Origin: Candidatus Heimdallarchaeota archaeon | Lineage (GTDB): Archaea; Asgardarchaeota; Heimdallarchaeia; Heimdallarchaeales; Heimdallarchaeaceae | Direction of reading: 5' to 3' | Length of the DNA: 16,120 nt | Assembly: GCA_018238545.1 (NCBI GenBank) | Contig: JABCTC010000063.1 | Span: 1-16,120 of the forward strand | Notes under the pieces: generated by a model | The model's input: the letters and a program-made list of their open reading frames with translations, nothing else | What the model was told of the DNA's origin: nothing | Databases searched by the model: none | Shown here: positions 1 to 8,392 of the stretch, one piece after another | How positions within the stretch are numbered: the first letter of the stretch is position 1 | How the letters are laid out: each line of letters opens with the position of its first letter | Program-made: the position numbers and the translations under genes

Positions 1-210
1 CTTTATTGCTATTTTGGAAATTAATATGTTCTGATATCTCTTGTTTTATTCAAAAAGATGTCTCTTTTGGGTGCAAATAGTAATTTTATTTCTAAATTTT
101 ACTATTTAGTCAACGATCATGAGAGCGATCTTTGGCTTATGAAATTTCTTAGTAGTATTGATACTTGAATGAATTCCATATATCAGAGATTAATAAATCA
201 GCTTACTTCA

Positions 211-480
211 AATCACTGGTGAATTATCTAGAGGTTATTTAAATTTCTATCAACTCTCTGTAAAATTAAAATCCTATTTTTCATGTATTGACAACATTGG
301 CGCATTTGCTGTTGCATTTCCTGTTCTAATAGTTTTTACTTACTGCAATTCTCCCTTTACTTTAGGCAAATCAGAATTCTTTTAAAAACAGCTATGACAA
401 CGAATTATTGTTGGATTTTACGTTTTATAATTCTTGAAATACAGTATTTTCAATGTTCTACCCTAAATTTCTATAATATC
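211..480 (-). pseudogene. Decayed remnant of the C-terminal part of a GNAT-family acetyltransferase
   Basis: Not in the ORF track. Manual minus-strand translation from 360 gives VKGELQ*VKTIRTGNATANAPMLSIHEK*DFNFTES**KFK*. Positions 339..277 match the GNAT C-terminal pattern 'i.TgNa..NapMl.iN.klGF', interrupted by in-frame stops. The upstream frame (EI*GRTLKILY...NPTII) is only weakly similar, so the boundaries are approximate. Confidence 0.65.
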
Positions 481-559
481 AATTACTTTCACATAACATT
501 TATTAGAGTAAATAGGACATTTTACTAATTGTAGTAAATTTTTCTACAAAGTGATAAAT

Positions 560-1663
560 ATGAAGAAACTAAAAACGACAATTCTTACCTTAATTTTATT
601 ATCTTCATTCTTGATGATTTTCCCCGCCACGACCTCGTCAGACATACGAGTTAAACCTCCAGCGCCACCAGGAAGAAACAAAGCCCCTTCAGTAACAATA
701 ACCTCTCCTTCAGATGGTTCAACTGTTTTTGGAGTAGTAACAATCTCCATTACAGCTACAGATAAAGAAGATGGCGATCTAATTGCTTACATTTACATTG
801 ATGGTTCTTTTGTTATACACACAAATGAATACTTGTGGGATACAGCCACTTTTGTCGATGGATTGCACATTATTGAAGCAGTTGCTTACGATTCTACAGA
901 ACAGCAAGGTTCTGATACTATTACAGTAACTGTAGATAATGGCAGTCCACCTCCTCCTCCACCACCTGGCAATTATTATGCCCTTATCGTAGGTATAAGC
1001 GATTATGAAAATATTAATGACCTTAGCTACTGTGACGAAGATGCTTCTGATTGGTATAATTATCTTTCTGGGATAGGTTATGATTCTATAACTGTTCTTG
1101 GAGATGGTCACTCATCAGATTATCCCAAATATGACGGATTAGCCACAAAAGCTAACATATTGTATGAACTCTCCATATTAGCTGATAATAAGGGAGAGGG
1201 TGACACAATAGCTTTTATCTTCTCTGGTCATGGTGCAGCCTTTGATAGGACACAACACGTTATTTGCCCTTGGGACACTAGTGCAACAACTTGGGATTAT
1301 GATCTCTATGACTATGAACTAGCACCCATAATAGGCGGTACTAATGCCGGAAATATCTTCTTGTTCTTTGACAGTTGTAATTCAGGAGGATTCCTTCCTG
1401 AACTGCAAGCAAATAATCCAGTTGGTACAGTTTATGTTACTACCACTTGTACTGCGAAAGGTTATGGATACGATGAACCAGCATATGAAAATGGTGCGTG
1501 GACTTATTGGTTCCTTGACGCAGGTTTGATCCAAGGAGGAAGTGGTCAGTTAGATATGGAAGGCAACTTTGATTGGGCGTATTCTGTCTACACTCATATG
1601 AGTAGGAACGACAGACCTCAAGAATGGGATGAAGACGGCAGTAATCTATTTTATCTGATTTAA
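560..1663 (+). CDS. Secreted caspase-family (clan CD, C14 metacaspase/orthocaspase-like) cysteine protease with an N-terminal Ig-like domain
   Basis: Signal peptide MKKLKTTILTLILLSSFLMIFP, an Ig-like segment (APSVTITSPSDGSTVFG...WDT...DGLHIIEAVAYD...TITVTVDN) and a poly-Pro linker. The caspase domain has YALIVGISDY, L-x-Y-C-x-x-D-A, catalytic His in FSGHG and catalytic Cys in FFDSCNSG. ATG 560 is preferred over GTG 551. Confidence 0.88.
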   Translation: MKKLKTTILTLILLSSFLMIFPATTSSDIRVKPPAPPGRNKAPSVTITSPSDGSTVFGVVTISITATDKEDGDLIAYIYIDGSFVIHTNEYLWDTATFVDGLHIIEAVAYDSTEQQGSDTITVTVDNGSPPPPPPPGNYYALIVGISDYENINDLSYCDEDASDWYNYLSGIGYDSITVLGDGHSSDYPKYDGLATKANILYELSILADNKGEGDTIAFIFSGHGAAFDRTQHVICPWDTSATTWDYDLYDYELAPIIGGTNAGNIFLFFDSCNSGGFLPELQANNPVGTVYVTTTCTAKGYGYDEPAYENGAWTYWFLDAGLIQGGSGQLDMEGNFDWAYSVYTHMSRNDRPQEWDEDGSNLFYLI

Positions 1664-1689
1664 TCTTCTTCTTTTCTTTTATTTTTTCC
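1664..1689 (+). terminator. Archaeal-type oligo-T/pyrimidine terminator
   Basis: TCTTCTTCTTTTCTTTTATTTTTTCC directly follows the stop codon. Confidence 0.5.
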
Positions 1690-1740
1690 TAATATTCCAA
1701 ACTAATTCTACAAACTGGAGGATTCTGATTTTTATTTCTT

Positions 1741-2100
1741 CTATTTTGATTTCTTCCCACAATTACTACAAGTCTTTACACCAGTCTCCAGTTTCATCCC
1801 ACAGAAATCACAAAAACTTTCTTCTTGTTTCTCACCCTTGGTTGCTTGATTTTCATCTGTGTAATCCTTACCTTTGCTGATATCATAGTTACTTCTACGA
1901 GTGCTTGTAGTTTCCTGCCCTGTTTTTTTCAAAAAAGTGAACACTCCTACAACACTTAAAATTACAAAGAGAATGACTACACCCATTAAAATGTAAAAAA
2001 TAATCTTTCCAGTAACAATTCCTAACACTAACAAGGTTATTAGAACAAGAACCAAACCAGTTAGTACACCATTTATCGAACGACGACTTTGAAATCTCAT
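1741..2100 (-). CDS. Small membrane protein, 2 N-terminal TM helices plus C-terminal zinc ribbon (copy 1)
   Basis: Two hydrophobic stretches in residues ~10-57 and a C-terminal CDFCG...CSNCG motif. A near-identical paralogue lies at 5954..6316. Confidence 0.85.
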   Translation of the reverse strand: MRFQSRRSINGVLTGLVLVLITLLVLGIVTGKIIFYILMGVVILFVILSVVGVFTFLKKTGQETTSTRRSNYDISKGKDYTDENQATKGEKQEESFCDFCGMKLETGVKTCSNCGKKSK

Positions 2101-2130
2101 ATCTGTACAAATATCTGCTACCGAATATAA
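1741..2130 (-). repeat. Direct repeat copy 1 (~390 bp, gene plus core promoter)
   Basis: Aligns by eye to 5954..6348 from the stop codon to the upstream AATATAA (TTATATT on the minus strand). Similarity is lost outside these limits. Confidence 0.9.
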
Positions 2131-2310
2131 TAAATTTTTGTCCTGTAGTCATATAAACTACCATTGTATCAGTTTAAATGGACAGTCTTGAGGGAATATT
2201 ACGGGAGTTTTTATAAAAATCTCTAGGTAAAGTGGATTTGACATACACCTTTGAATAAACTTTTATCTATACTTTTCTAATCTATTTTAAGTAATTTATT
2301 GAGGATAAAA

Positions 2311-4764
2311 ATGAAACCTAAAAAAACAAAAATATATTTATTAGTCATGATCTTGCTCATCACAAATTGTTTTTCAATAATTTTATTGAACAACCAGGGA
2401 ATGAATGTTAATGCCAAAACTTCTTTGGAACAACCTAAAGAAATTTCACTAAACTATGTAGATCATTTACCCATAGTTATAACTGATAACACTGGTTTAC
2501 TTAGTTACAGTTCTAGTGGTACAGGGATAGTAAGTGACCCTTATGTTATTTCAGGTTTTAATATAACCACCGACAATAGTTATGCTATTTATATTCATGG
2601 AGCAGGAGTAACAGCTTACTTCACCATCAAAGAATGCTATTTCAATTCATCCTATTACGGAGTTCATATAGATGGTATCAACGAGGGTATAGCTAGTATA
2701 GAAAATAACACTTTCGTCAACTGTGATGAGGTTGCAATATATGTTGAGTATACAAATGATGTCAATATAGATGGCAATTATATCAATAATTCGAGTACAG
2801 CAATATTTGTTGAAGCATCAGAAGATTTCACGATAATAGAAAACACCATTCACAACTGTGGAAAAGGTATATATGGAAATTATTACGATGGTGTTTTTCT
2901 AGATATGAATATCACAGCAAACATCTATAGGAACTCAATTAGTGACATTGACACATATTCTATTATAATCTATAAATATCCTAGTTCTGCGTCCATAGTT
3001 GATTCGATTGTAATTGCAGAAAATATAATTGATAATAGCGGTTATGGTATAAGTGTTCTCTATTCTCCTAATGTGAACATCGAAGAAAATATTTTGACCA
3101 ACATAATAAATTCAGCCATAGATCTTAACTCCGGAAATATAAACTCGGACTATCAAGAATACTTTGTAATAAATAATACAATTACTGGTGGAAATTATGG
3201 TATTAGTGTGTATAATCACATCAACAATGCTTCTATAATACAAAACGAAGTTACTAACACAAATAGAGCTTTCTTTGCTAATAGTCCAGCTAATCTAACC
3301 GTACGAGATAACAGCTTTATTGATAGTTCTCTAAACGCCATTGAGTTGAATTCTGTTACTAATGCTTCAATAATGTATAATTACATATCAAATGGCACGG
3401 TTAACATTGACCTTTCGTCTGAAGTCAAAATATTTGGCAATACGATTAATGGAGGGGAGAAAAGCATTGATATTTTCGAATCAGAATCTGTTACAATATA
3501 CGACAATACTCTTGGAAACAATGAAGCAGGAATTGGTGTTTATGTTTATGCAGTGATTAACCTTAACATCACACAAAATACATTCACTGAACTTTATATC
3601 GGCATAAAACTTTACGCTGATTTAGCTAGATATTTGCAGAATGTAAGTATAACAGACAATAGTTTTGAAAATATGGATTATGGAATATACACTTCGAGCG
3701 GTAGGATATTAGAAAACTGTTTGATTCAGGGGAATTACATCACAAATATACTTTCTGGAGGTATTATTCTTAAAAACGGAGGAACAGGGTTAAAAATCAT
3801 AGATAACTTTGTTGCAAGTAATATTCAAGCGATAGAAGTAAGCTATAATTGGAATGATATAATTATCTCAGAAAACACAATTTTAGTTTATTCCATTGAT
3901 GGATCTGGTAGAGCTCTGGAAGTAAAAGATACCGATGGTGGAGAGATAACAAATAATACTTTCTATGATTTCGCTGAAGGATCCATTACAACTGTATACT
4001 TTGTTTATCTTACAGCTGATGTTACGAATATGGAAATTTATTACAACCAATTCTTTTCGAAAGCAGCTTTGATAGATAGTAATGTATACCTGGCTAAAGA
4101 TGACGGAGTAACCAACACATGGTATAACGCGTTAACTGAAACAGGCAATTACTGGAGTAACTATAACGGCATAGGGGCTTATAGTATAACAGGAGACGCT
4201 AATGCGGAAGATCTCTATCCAATAACCAATACGGATAGTGACTCCGATGGTCTAGATGACATATTAGAAAATTATCTGGGTACAAATCCTTATTCAGCTG
4301 ATAGCGATAGTGATGAAATGCCAGATCTATGGGAACTTGAAAATGGACTAAATCCATTAATTGATGACGCAGACGGAGATGAAGATTCAGATAATCTTAC
4401 CAATTTAGAAGAATATCAAAACGACTGTGACCCTAACGATTCAGATAGTGATGATGACCTGATGCCTGATGGATGGGAAGTAGAATACGATCTTGATCCT
4501 CTTGTTAATGATGCTTCAGAAGACGCCGATTCAGATGAAATAGATAATTATACAGAATATATTGACGGTACAAATCCCAACAATGCTGACAGCGATGGAG
4601 ATAGTTATACTGACAAAGAAGAAAAAGACGCTGGAACAGATCCTTTGGATCCAAATAGTCACCCAGAAGAAGAACCTACAGATGATACGTCATTCTTTTA
4701 CCTATTTAGCATTCTGAGTTTGTTGGCAATGGTTTCTGTTCTACACTTGAAACATAAGAGATAA
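2311..4764 (+). CDS. Cell-surface protein: right-handed parallel beta-helix (NosD/PbH1-like) repeats, Asp-rich Ca-binding (bacterial TSP3-like) repeats and a C-terminal membrane anchor
   Basis: N-terminal hydrophobic signal segment and many 'I..N.I......GI.' beta-helix units ending in NTWYN...GNYWSNY...YSI.G.....D.YP. Six DxDxD...E...NP/DP repeats follow, then FFYLFSILSLLAMVSVLHL with a KHKR tail. GAGGA at 2301-2305 supports ATG 2311. Confidence 0.88.
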   Translation: MKPKKTKIYLLVMILLITNCFSIILLNNQGMNVNAKTSLEQPKEISLNYVDHLPIVITDNTGLLSYSSSGTGIVSDPYVISGFNITTDNSYAIYIHGAGVTAYFTIKECYFNSSYYGVHIDGINEGIASIENNTFVNCDEVAIYVEYTNDVNIDGNYINNSSTAIFVEASEDFTIIENTIHNCGKGIYGNYYDGVFLDMNITANIYRNSISDIDTYSIIIYKYPSSASIVDSIVIAENIIDNSGYGISVLYSPNVNIEENILTNIINSAIDLNSGNINSDYQEYFVINNTITGGNYGISVYNHINNASIIQNEVTNTNRAFFANSPANLTVRDNSFIDSSLNAIELNSVTNASIMYNYISNGTVNIDLSSEVKIFGNTINGGEKSIDIFESESVTIYDNTLGNNEAGIGVYVYAVINLNITQNTFTELYIGIKLYADLARYLQNVSITDNSFENMDYGIYTSSGRILENCLIQGNYITNILSGGIILKNGGTGLKIIDNFVASNIQAIEVSYNWNDIIISENTILVYSIDGSGRALEVKDTDGGEITNNTFYDFAEGSITTVYFVYLTADVTNMEIYYNQFFSKAALIDSNVYLAKDDGVTNTWYNALTETGNYWSNYNGIGAYSITGDANAEDLYPITNTDSDSDGLDDILENYLGTNPYSADSDSDEMPDLWELENGLNPLIDDADGDEDSDNLTNLEEYQNDCDPNDSDSDDDLMPDGWEVEYDLDPLVNDASEDADSDEIDNYTEYIDGTNPNNADSDGDSYTDKEEKDAGTDPLDPNSHPEEEPTDDTSFFYLFSILSLLAMVSVLHLKHKR

Positions 4765-4777
4765 TTCTTTTTTTTTT
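4765..4777 (+). terminator. Oligo-T terminator
   Basis: A T-run (TTCTTTTTTTTTT) directly follows the stop codon in a convergent gap. Confidence 0.5.
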
Positions 4778-4798
4778 GAATAACTTCTCTTACATTTC

Positions 4799-4984
4799 TT
4801 ATTTTTTTTCTGAAGCTGGTTTTCCATTCATTCCCCAATGAGTTTTTGGATAATCTTGTAAAAGAACCCTAACTGATTCAGGTTTTGAACCCGTTTTCAC
4901 AAAAACGTCCGTTATTCCTTCTATTATTTCCTTTATTTGCTCCTCTGTTCGACCTTCCCAAAGATGTACTTGAACTACTGGCAT
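4799..4984 (-). CDS. 4-oxalocrotonate tautomerase family protein (61 aa)
   Basis: MPVVQVHLWEGRTEEQ...VRV...HWGMNGK carries catalytic Pro-1, Arg-11, the Arg-39 equivalent (R38) and W49 at the Phe-50 position. GGTGA precedes ATG 4984. The 110 aa ORF in the track is over-extended, because Pro must follow the initiator Met. Confidence 0.93.
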   Translation of the reverse strand: MPVVQVHLWEGRTEEQIKEIIEGITDVFVKTGSKPESVRVLLQDYPKTHWGMNGKPASEKK

Positions 4985-5116
4985 TTTATCACCGAAGATA
5001 CTTTTTATCTCTCTGTTGAAATAGTTTGCTACAAAAAGAGAACGAGAGAACATTATAACAGCGAAATAATAAATTTCAATCAGTTTTATAAGTGCCTCAA
5101 CTTGTGTGAAAATATT

Positions 5117-5893
5117 ATGCAATTCACACAAAGAACAAAAATAATCTTCATTGTTTGTAGTATCCTTGTAGCTACTGCGGCTATAGCTACACCTACAACA
5201 CTAATTTTACTCAATAATAATAATGATGTTACAGTTAATTTGTTATATAATGCAGGAGTGATGATAGAAGCAAATGGTCTTAGAATCTATATTGATCCTA
5301 TAGATTTAACTTCTAATTATAGCGATTTTCCTGCCGATGCCATTCTTATAACACATGATCACGGAGATCATTATCAAGAAAGTACTATCAATATAATAAA
5401 AACAGATGACACAATCATAGTTATGCCAGAAGTAGTAGCGGCAATTAGTAGTTTAGAGGGTGTGACTAGCGTAGCTCCAGAGGATAGTTTTCTTATAGGT
5501 TCAATTAACGTTACTTGTTTCTACATGTATACTTTTGCACCATTGGGTTATGATTCAAGCCACCCTATCGAATCCAATTATGCTAGTTACCTCATTGATA
5601 TTGATGGTTTTGTACTATTCCATTCAGGTGATTCATCTAACATCCCAGAATATTTTCAATTGCAAAATAGGGGCGATGTTGCATTTTTACCACTTGGTCC
5701 AGGATGCCAAACAATGACAGGAATTGATGTAGTAAATGCAATCGGAATAATAAAACCAACATATTTCATCCCAATTCATTTTGCTCAAGATGCAAATACT
5801 GTATTCATTGGAACTTATGGAACTTCAATTGAAAGTTATGGATGCGAAATAATTGACTTAGAATACTACGAAACATGTGTGTTCGATGTTTAA
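5117..5893 (+). CDS. MBL-fold metallo-hydrolase (UlaG/UPF0173-like) with an N-terminal membrane anchor or signal
   Basis: IYIDP, THDHGDH (HxHxDH), HSGD and PIHF motifs with a hydrophobic N-terminus. The start was moved to ATG 5117 because the longer ORF overlaps the divergent tautomerase gene. Confidence 0.88.
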   Translation: MQFTQRTKIIFIVCSILVATAAIATPTTLILLNNNNDVTVNLLYNAGVMIEANGLRIYIDPIDLTSNYSDFPADAILITHDHGDHYQESTINIIKTDDTIIVMPEVVAAISSLEGVTSVAPEDSFLIGSINVTCFYMYTFAPLGYDSSHPIESNYASYLIDIDGFVLFHSGDSSNIPEYFQLQNRGDVAFLPLGPGCQTMTGIDVVNAIGIIKPTYFIPIHFAQDANTVFIGTYGTSIESYGCEIIDLEYYETCVFDV

Positions 5894-5953
5894 AGAATTA
5901 AATGAAGTAGATAGAAAGAAGAAAAAATATTCCTATCTATTCTACGTCTCTTT

Positions 5954-6316
5954 TTATTTAGATGTTTTTCCACAATTACTGCAATTCTTCACACCTGTCT
6001 CCAGTTTCATCCCACAGAATTCACAAAAACTTTCTTCTTTATCTTTCTTCCCCTTGGTTATTTGACTTTCATCTGTGTAATCCTTACCTTTGCTGATATC
6101 ATAGGTGCTTCTACGAGTGCTTGTAGTTTCCTGCCCTGTTTTTTTCAGAAAAGTGAACACTCCTACAACAGCTAAAATTACAAAGAGAAGGACTACACCC
6201 ATTAAAATGTAAAAAATAATCTTTCCTGTAACAATCCCTAAAACAAACAAGGTTATTAGAACAAAAACCAAACCGATTAGTACACCATTTATCGAACGAC
6301 GGCTTTGAAATCTCAT
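5954..6316 (-). CDS. Small membrane protein, 2 TM helices plus C-terminal zinc ribbon (copy 2)
   Basis: CEFCG...CSNCG motif. A manual alignment shows about 14 differences in 120 aa against 1741..2100, including a one-codon indel. Confidence 0.85.
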   Translation of the reverse strand: MRFQSRRSINGVLIGLVFVLITLFVLGIVTGKIIFYILMGVVLLFVILAVVGVFTFLKKTGQETTSTRRSTYDISKGKDYTDESQITKGKKDKEESFCEFCGMKLETGVKNCSNCGKTSK

Positions 6317-6348
6317 ATCTGTACAACTACATCTGCTAACTAATATAA
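5954..6348 (-). repeat. Direct repeat copy 2 (gene plus core promoter)
   Basis: Shares upstream ATCTGTACAA...ATCTGCTA...AATATAA with 2101..2130 as well as the whole CDS. Confidence 0.9.
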
Positions 6349-6431
6349 AGTCTCCTTTTAGAATAGAAGCGAAAAAAATAGTCTAGTATTAAGAATGATT
6401 TGTTGCAAAAAGAGGAAAGAAAATAATTGGA

Positions 6432-7361
6432 TTATATAAGAATACGCTTGGAATTTTCTGTTACAACTTTATAGATTAATTCCTCATCTATTCCTTCCTT
6501 AACACAATATGGAATGAATTCATTGAAAAATCTTGCATATGGCCTCATAGACCATTCCTCTTCCCCTTCCTTAATCCAGAAGGATCCTGAATCTTGTCCG
6601 AAAAGTAGTTGAGAGATGAGATTTTCTTCTTGCAGTTTCTTTATTGCTGGAGGAAATTTTATGAAATCTTTAGCTCCACCAATGGTATCAAACTCTAACC
6701 AAATACCTTTCTTCCCATATTCAATTATCTTCTCCATATCCATCTGACCATCGGCATGAACCCAAATGAATCTATCGTAAGGCAAGTTTTCCTCCTCAAG
6801 AATTTTTATAGCAAGTGGTATTGAAGATGATTCCCAGATATGACAACCAATAAACATCCCAGTTTTGTTGCTTGTTCTTGCTGCTGCTCTAAGCATTTTT
6901 TCCTGTAAAGGGAAGATTTCTCCTTCATCTCCCAAAGCTAATTTGATGTAACCAGGTTTGATCCCAGTATTACCTATTCCTTCTTCAAATTCCTTTGTCC
7001 ATACAGTCATTATTTCTGCAATTGTCATTTCTTGAATATCCTTGGGGACACTTAATCCTTTAACATCTGCTCCATCCCATGCACCTGTGCAAGTAATGAT
7101 GTTTATTCCAGATCTTTTGGAACACTCTACTAAAACTTCCAAATCTCTCCCTAAACCAAGTGGAGTAGCTTCGACAATGGTTTGACATCCTTTATTCTTT
7201 GCGTCCATCAAAAAAGGCAGAACATAATCCACTACATCTTTAACAGTATACGATTTTTCCAGACTCTTCTCTGCTCCCGTGATATCTACAACGATATGTT
7301 CATGCATCAAAGTTATTCCCAGCTCTTCTTCTGATATAGGTCCCAAAACTGTATTAATCAA
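6432..7361 (-). CDS. Phosphotriesterase-family amidohydrolase (PTE/PHP/lactonase-like)
   Basis: Starts INTVLGPI...LGITLMHEH (H20, H22) and has TPLGLGRD, bridging Lys in GYIKLA, His in GCHIW and WVHAD, and Asp in GQDSG. It uses a TTG start, with an in-frame stop three codons upstream. Confidence 0.92.
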   Translation of the reverse strand: MINTVLGPISEEELGITLMHEHIVVDITGAEKSLEKSYTVKDVVDYVLPFLMDAKNKGCQTIVEATPLGLGRDLEVLVECSKRSGINIITCTGAWDGADVKGLSVPKDIQEMTIAEIMTVWTKEFEEGIGNTGIKPGYIKLALGDEGEIFPLQEKMLRAAARTSNKTGMFIGCHIWESSSIPLAIKILEEENLPYDRFIWVHADGQMDMEKIIEYGKKGIWLEFDTIGGAKDFIKFPPAIKKLQEENLISQLLFGQDSGSFWIKEGEEEWSMRPYARFFNEFIPYCVKEGIDEELIYKVVTENSKRILI

Positions 7362-7526
7362 ACTTTTTCAACTCTTATCTATTCTGATTGAAAGCGTTTT
7401 TACACACTTAAAATACTTTTGAGAAATAATCATCTCACAATTTTGTCGAATAGCCAATAACAATAGGCGAAAATGGACTTAAGCAATATTTTTTTATATT
7501 TTCAAATGATAATCGGTTGGTTCACT

Positions 7527-8306
7527 ATGAAAAACAAAAAACTAATTTGTGGATCTTGCTTATTGTTGATTGCTATCCTTTGCCTTTCAACCAGTGTATC
7601 CGCTAATATACCACTGACACCTCCCGAATTTGAACTTCTTGTTCCTGACACAGGATTGATAGGAGAGACACAACTACTTTTAGATCAATTTGTAAAAAGC
7701 GCGTCTTTATGTGGAATAAAAATCACTCCGGTCTATACGACTTGGGATGATGTCATAAATTCGTTGTTTACAGGTGATTATGAACTAATCTACTTTATTG
7801 GACTCAGTTTTTCGGGCGATGATACAATTGAAAAAATTCGCAGTACATTAAGTTACCTTTTCATTGATAACTTTTTCTTGAATTATTATAATCAAGACTT
7901 GATTGATAAAACTCATTTAATGGATACTTTATACTTAGATGGTTATGAAAACGAAGCTATAGAAGTTTTCCATGAAATTGAGTTTATCCTCTATAGGGAT
8001 CAACCAATTGTATCCATTTGCCATGCATTTAAAGAGGATACTGGGGGAAGAGCTACTCGTCTTTTAATTATAAACTGTGACATTGCCTATGACCCTGTCA
8101 TAAGAAATGTTCTTTCAATGGTTATCGATAGGGAATTGTACGTTGATTTGTATGGTGTAACAACAACTTATGACTATTACCCGATTAGTCATTTATTTGG
8201 ATGGTCACAATATCATGATACTACTTTACCTGAAATCGAATATTCTATAGGTCAAGCAGTAAGCACAATTGTTCATGGAGGTTATCTTCCAGCAGGAACT
8301 AAATAA
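7527..8306 (+). CDS. Secreted short protein resembling one lobe of a family-5 (DppA/OppA/NikA-like) ABC solute-binding protein, with permuted segment order
   Basis: Signal peptide MKNKKLICGSCLLLIAILCLSTSVSA. SBP5-like blocks are CGIKITPVYTTWDDV...GDYEL, NYYNQDL...EIEFILYRDQPIVSI and IINCD...DPVIRNVLSMVIDRE...EYSIGQAVSTIVHGGY. ATG 7527 is preferred because it places the signal peptide at the N-terminus. Confidence 0.65.
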   Translation: MKNKKLICGSCLLLIAILCLSTSVSANIPLTPPEFELLVPDTGLIGETQLLLDQFVKSASLCGIKITPVYTTWDDVINSLFTGDYELIYFIGLSFSGDDTIEKIRSTLSYLFIDNFFLNYYNQDLIDKTHLMDTLYLDGYENEAIEVFHEIEFILYRDQPIVSICHAFKEDTGGRATRLLIINCDIAYDPVIRNVLSMVIDRELYVDLYGVTTTYDYYPISHLFGWSQYHDTTLPEIEYSIGQAVSTIVHGGYLPAGTK

Positions 8307-8328
8307 TCTTTTTCCTTTTTTCTTTTTC
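8307..8328 (+). terminator. Oligo-T terminator
   Basis: Successive T-tracts broken by single or double C follow the stop codon directly. Confidence 0.55.
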
Positions 8329-8392
8329 AATATATTCCATTCCGTTTTCAGTTCTACATAAAAGATATAACTGAATAAGCTTTAATTTATTC

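Noticed and set aside
58-168. 36-codon plus-strand ORF (MSLLGANSNF...)
   Set aside because: It is short, has no motif or RBS, and lies in a decayed region.
544-1529. ORFs 544..750 (-), 779..1111 (-) and 1344..1529 (+)
   Set aside because: These are shadow frames inside the caspase gene with no recognisable motifs.
1895-2164. Cys-rich alternate-frame ORF present in both repeat copies (also 6111..6326)
   Set aside because: Its persistence follows from the high DNA identity of the copies. Changes that are silent in the main frame are radical here (S/P, W/R, F/S) and the starts differ, so selection acts on the zinc-ribbon frame.
2208-2219. Palindrome TTTTTATAAAAA
   Set aside because: It is low-complexity A/T sequence expected by chance in this composition.
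4985-5131. N-terminal extensions of the tautomerase (to 5131) and MBL (from 4937) ORFs that imply overlapping genes
   Set aside because: The tautomerase needs Pro-1 and has an RBS before 4984, and the MBL signal segment begins at 5117. The interval is a divergent promoter region.
5535-6065. ORFs 5535..5717 and 5877..6065
   Set aside because: They overlap better-supported genes and have no motifs.
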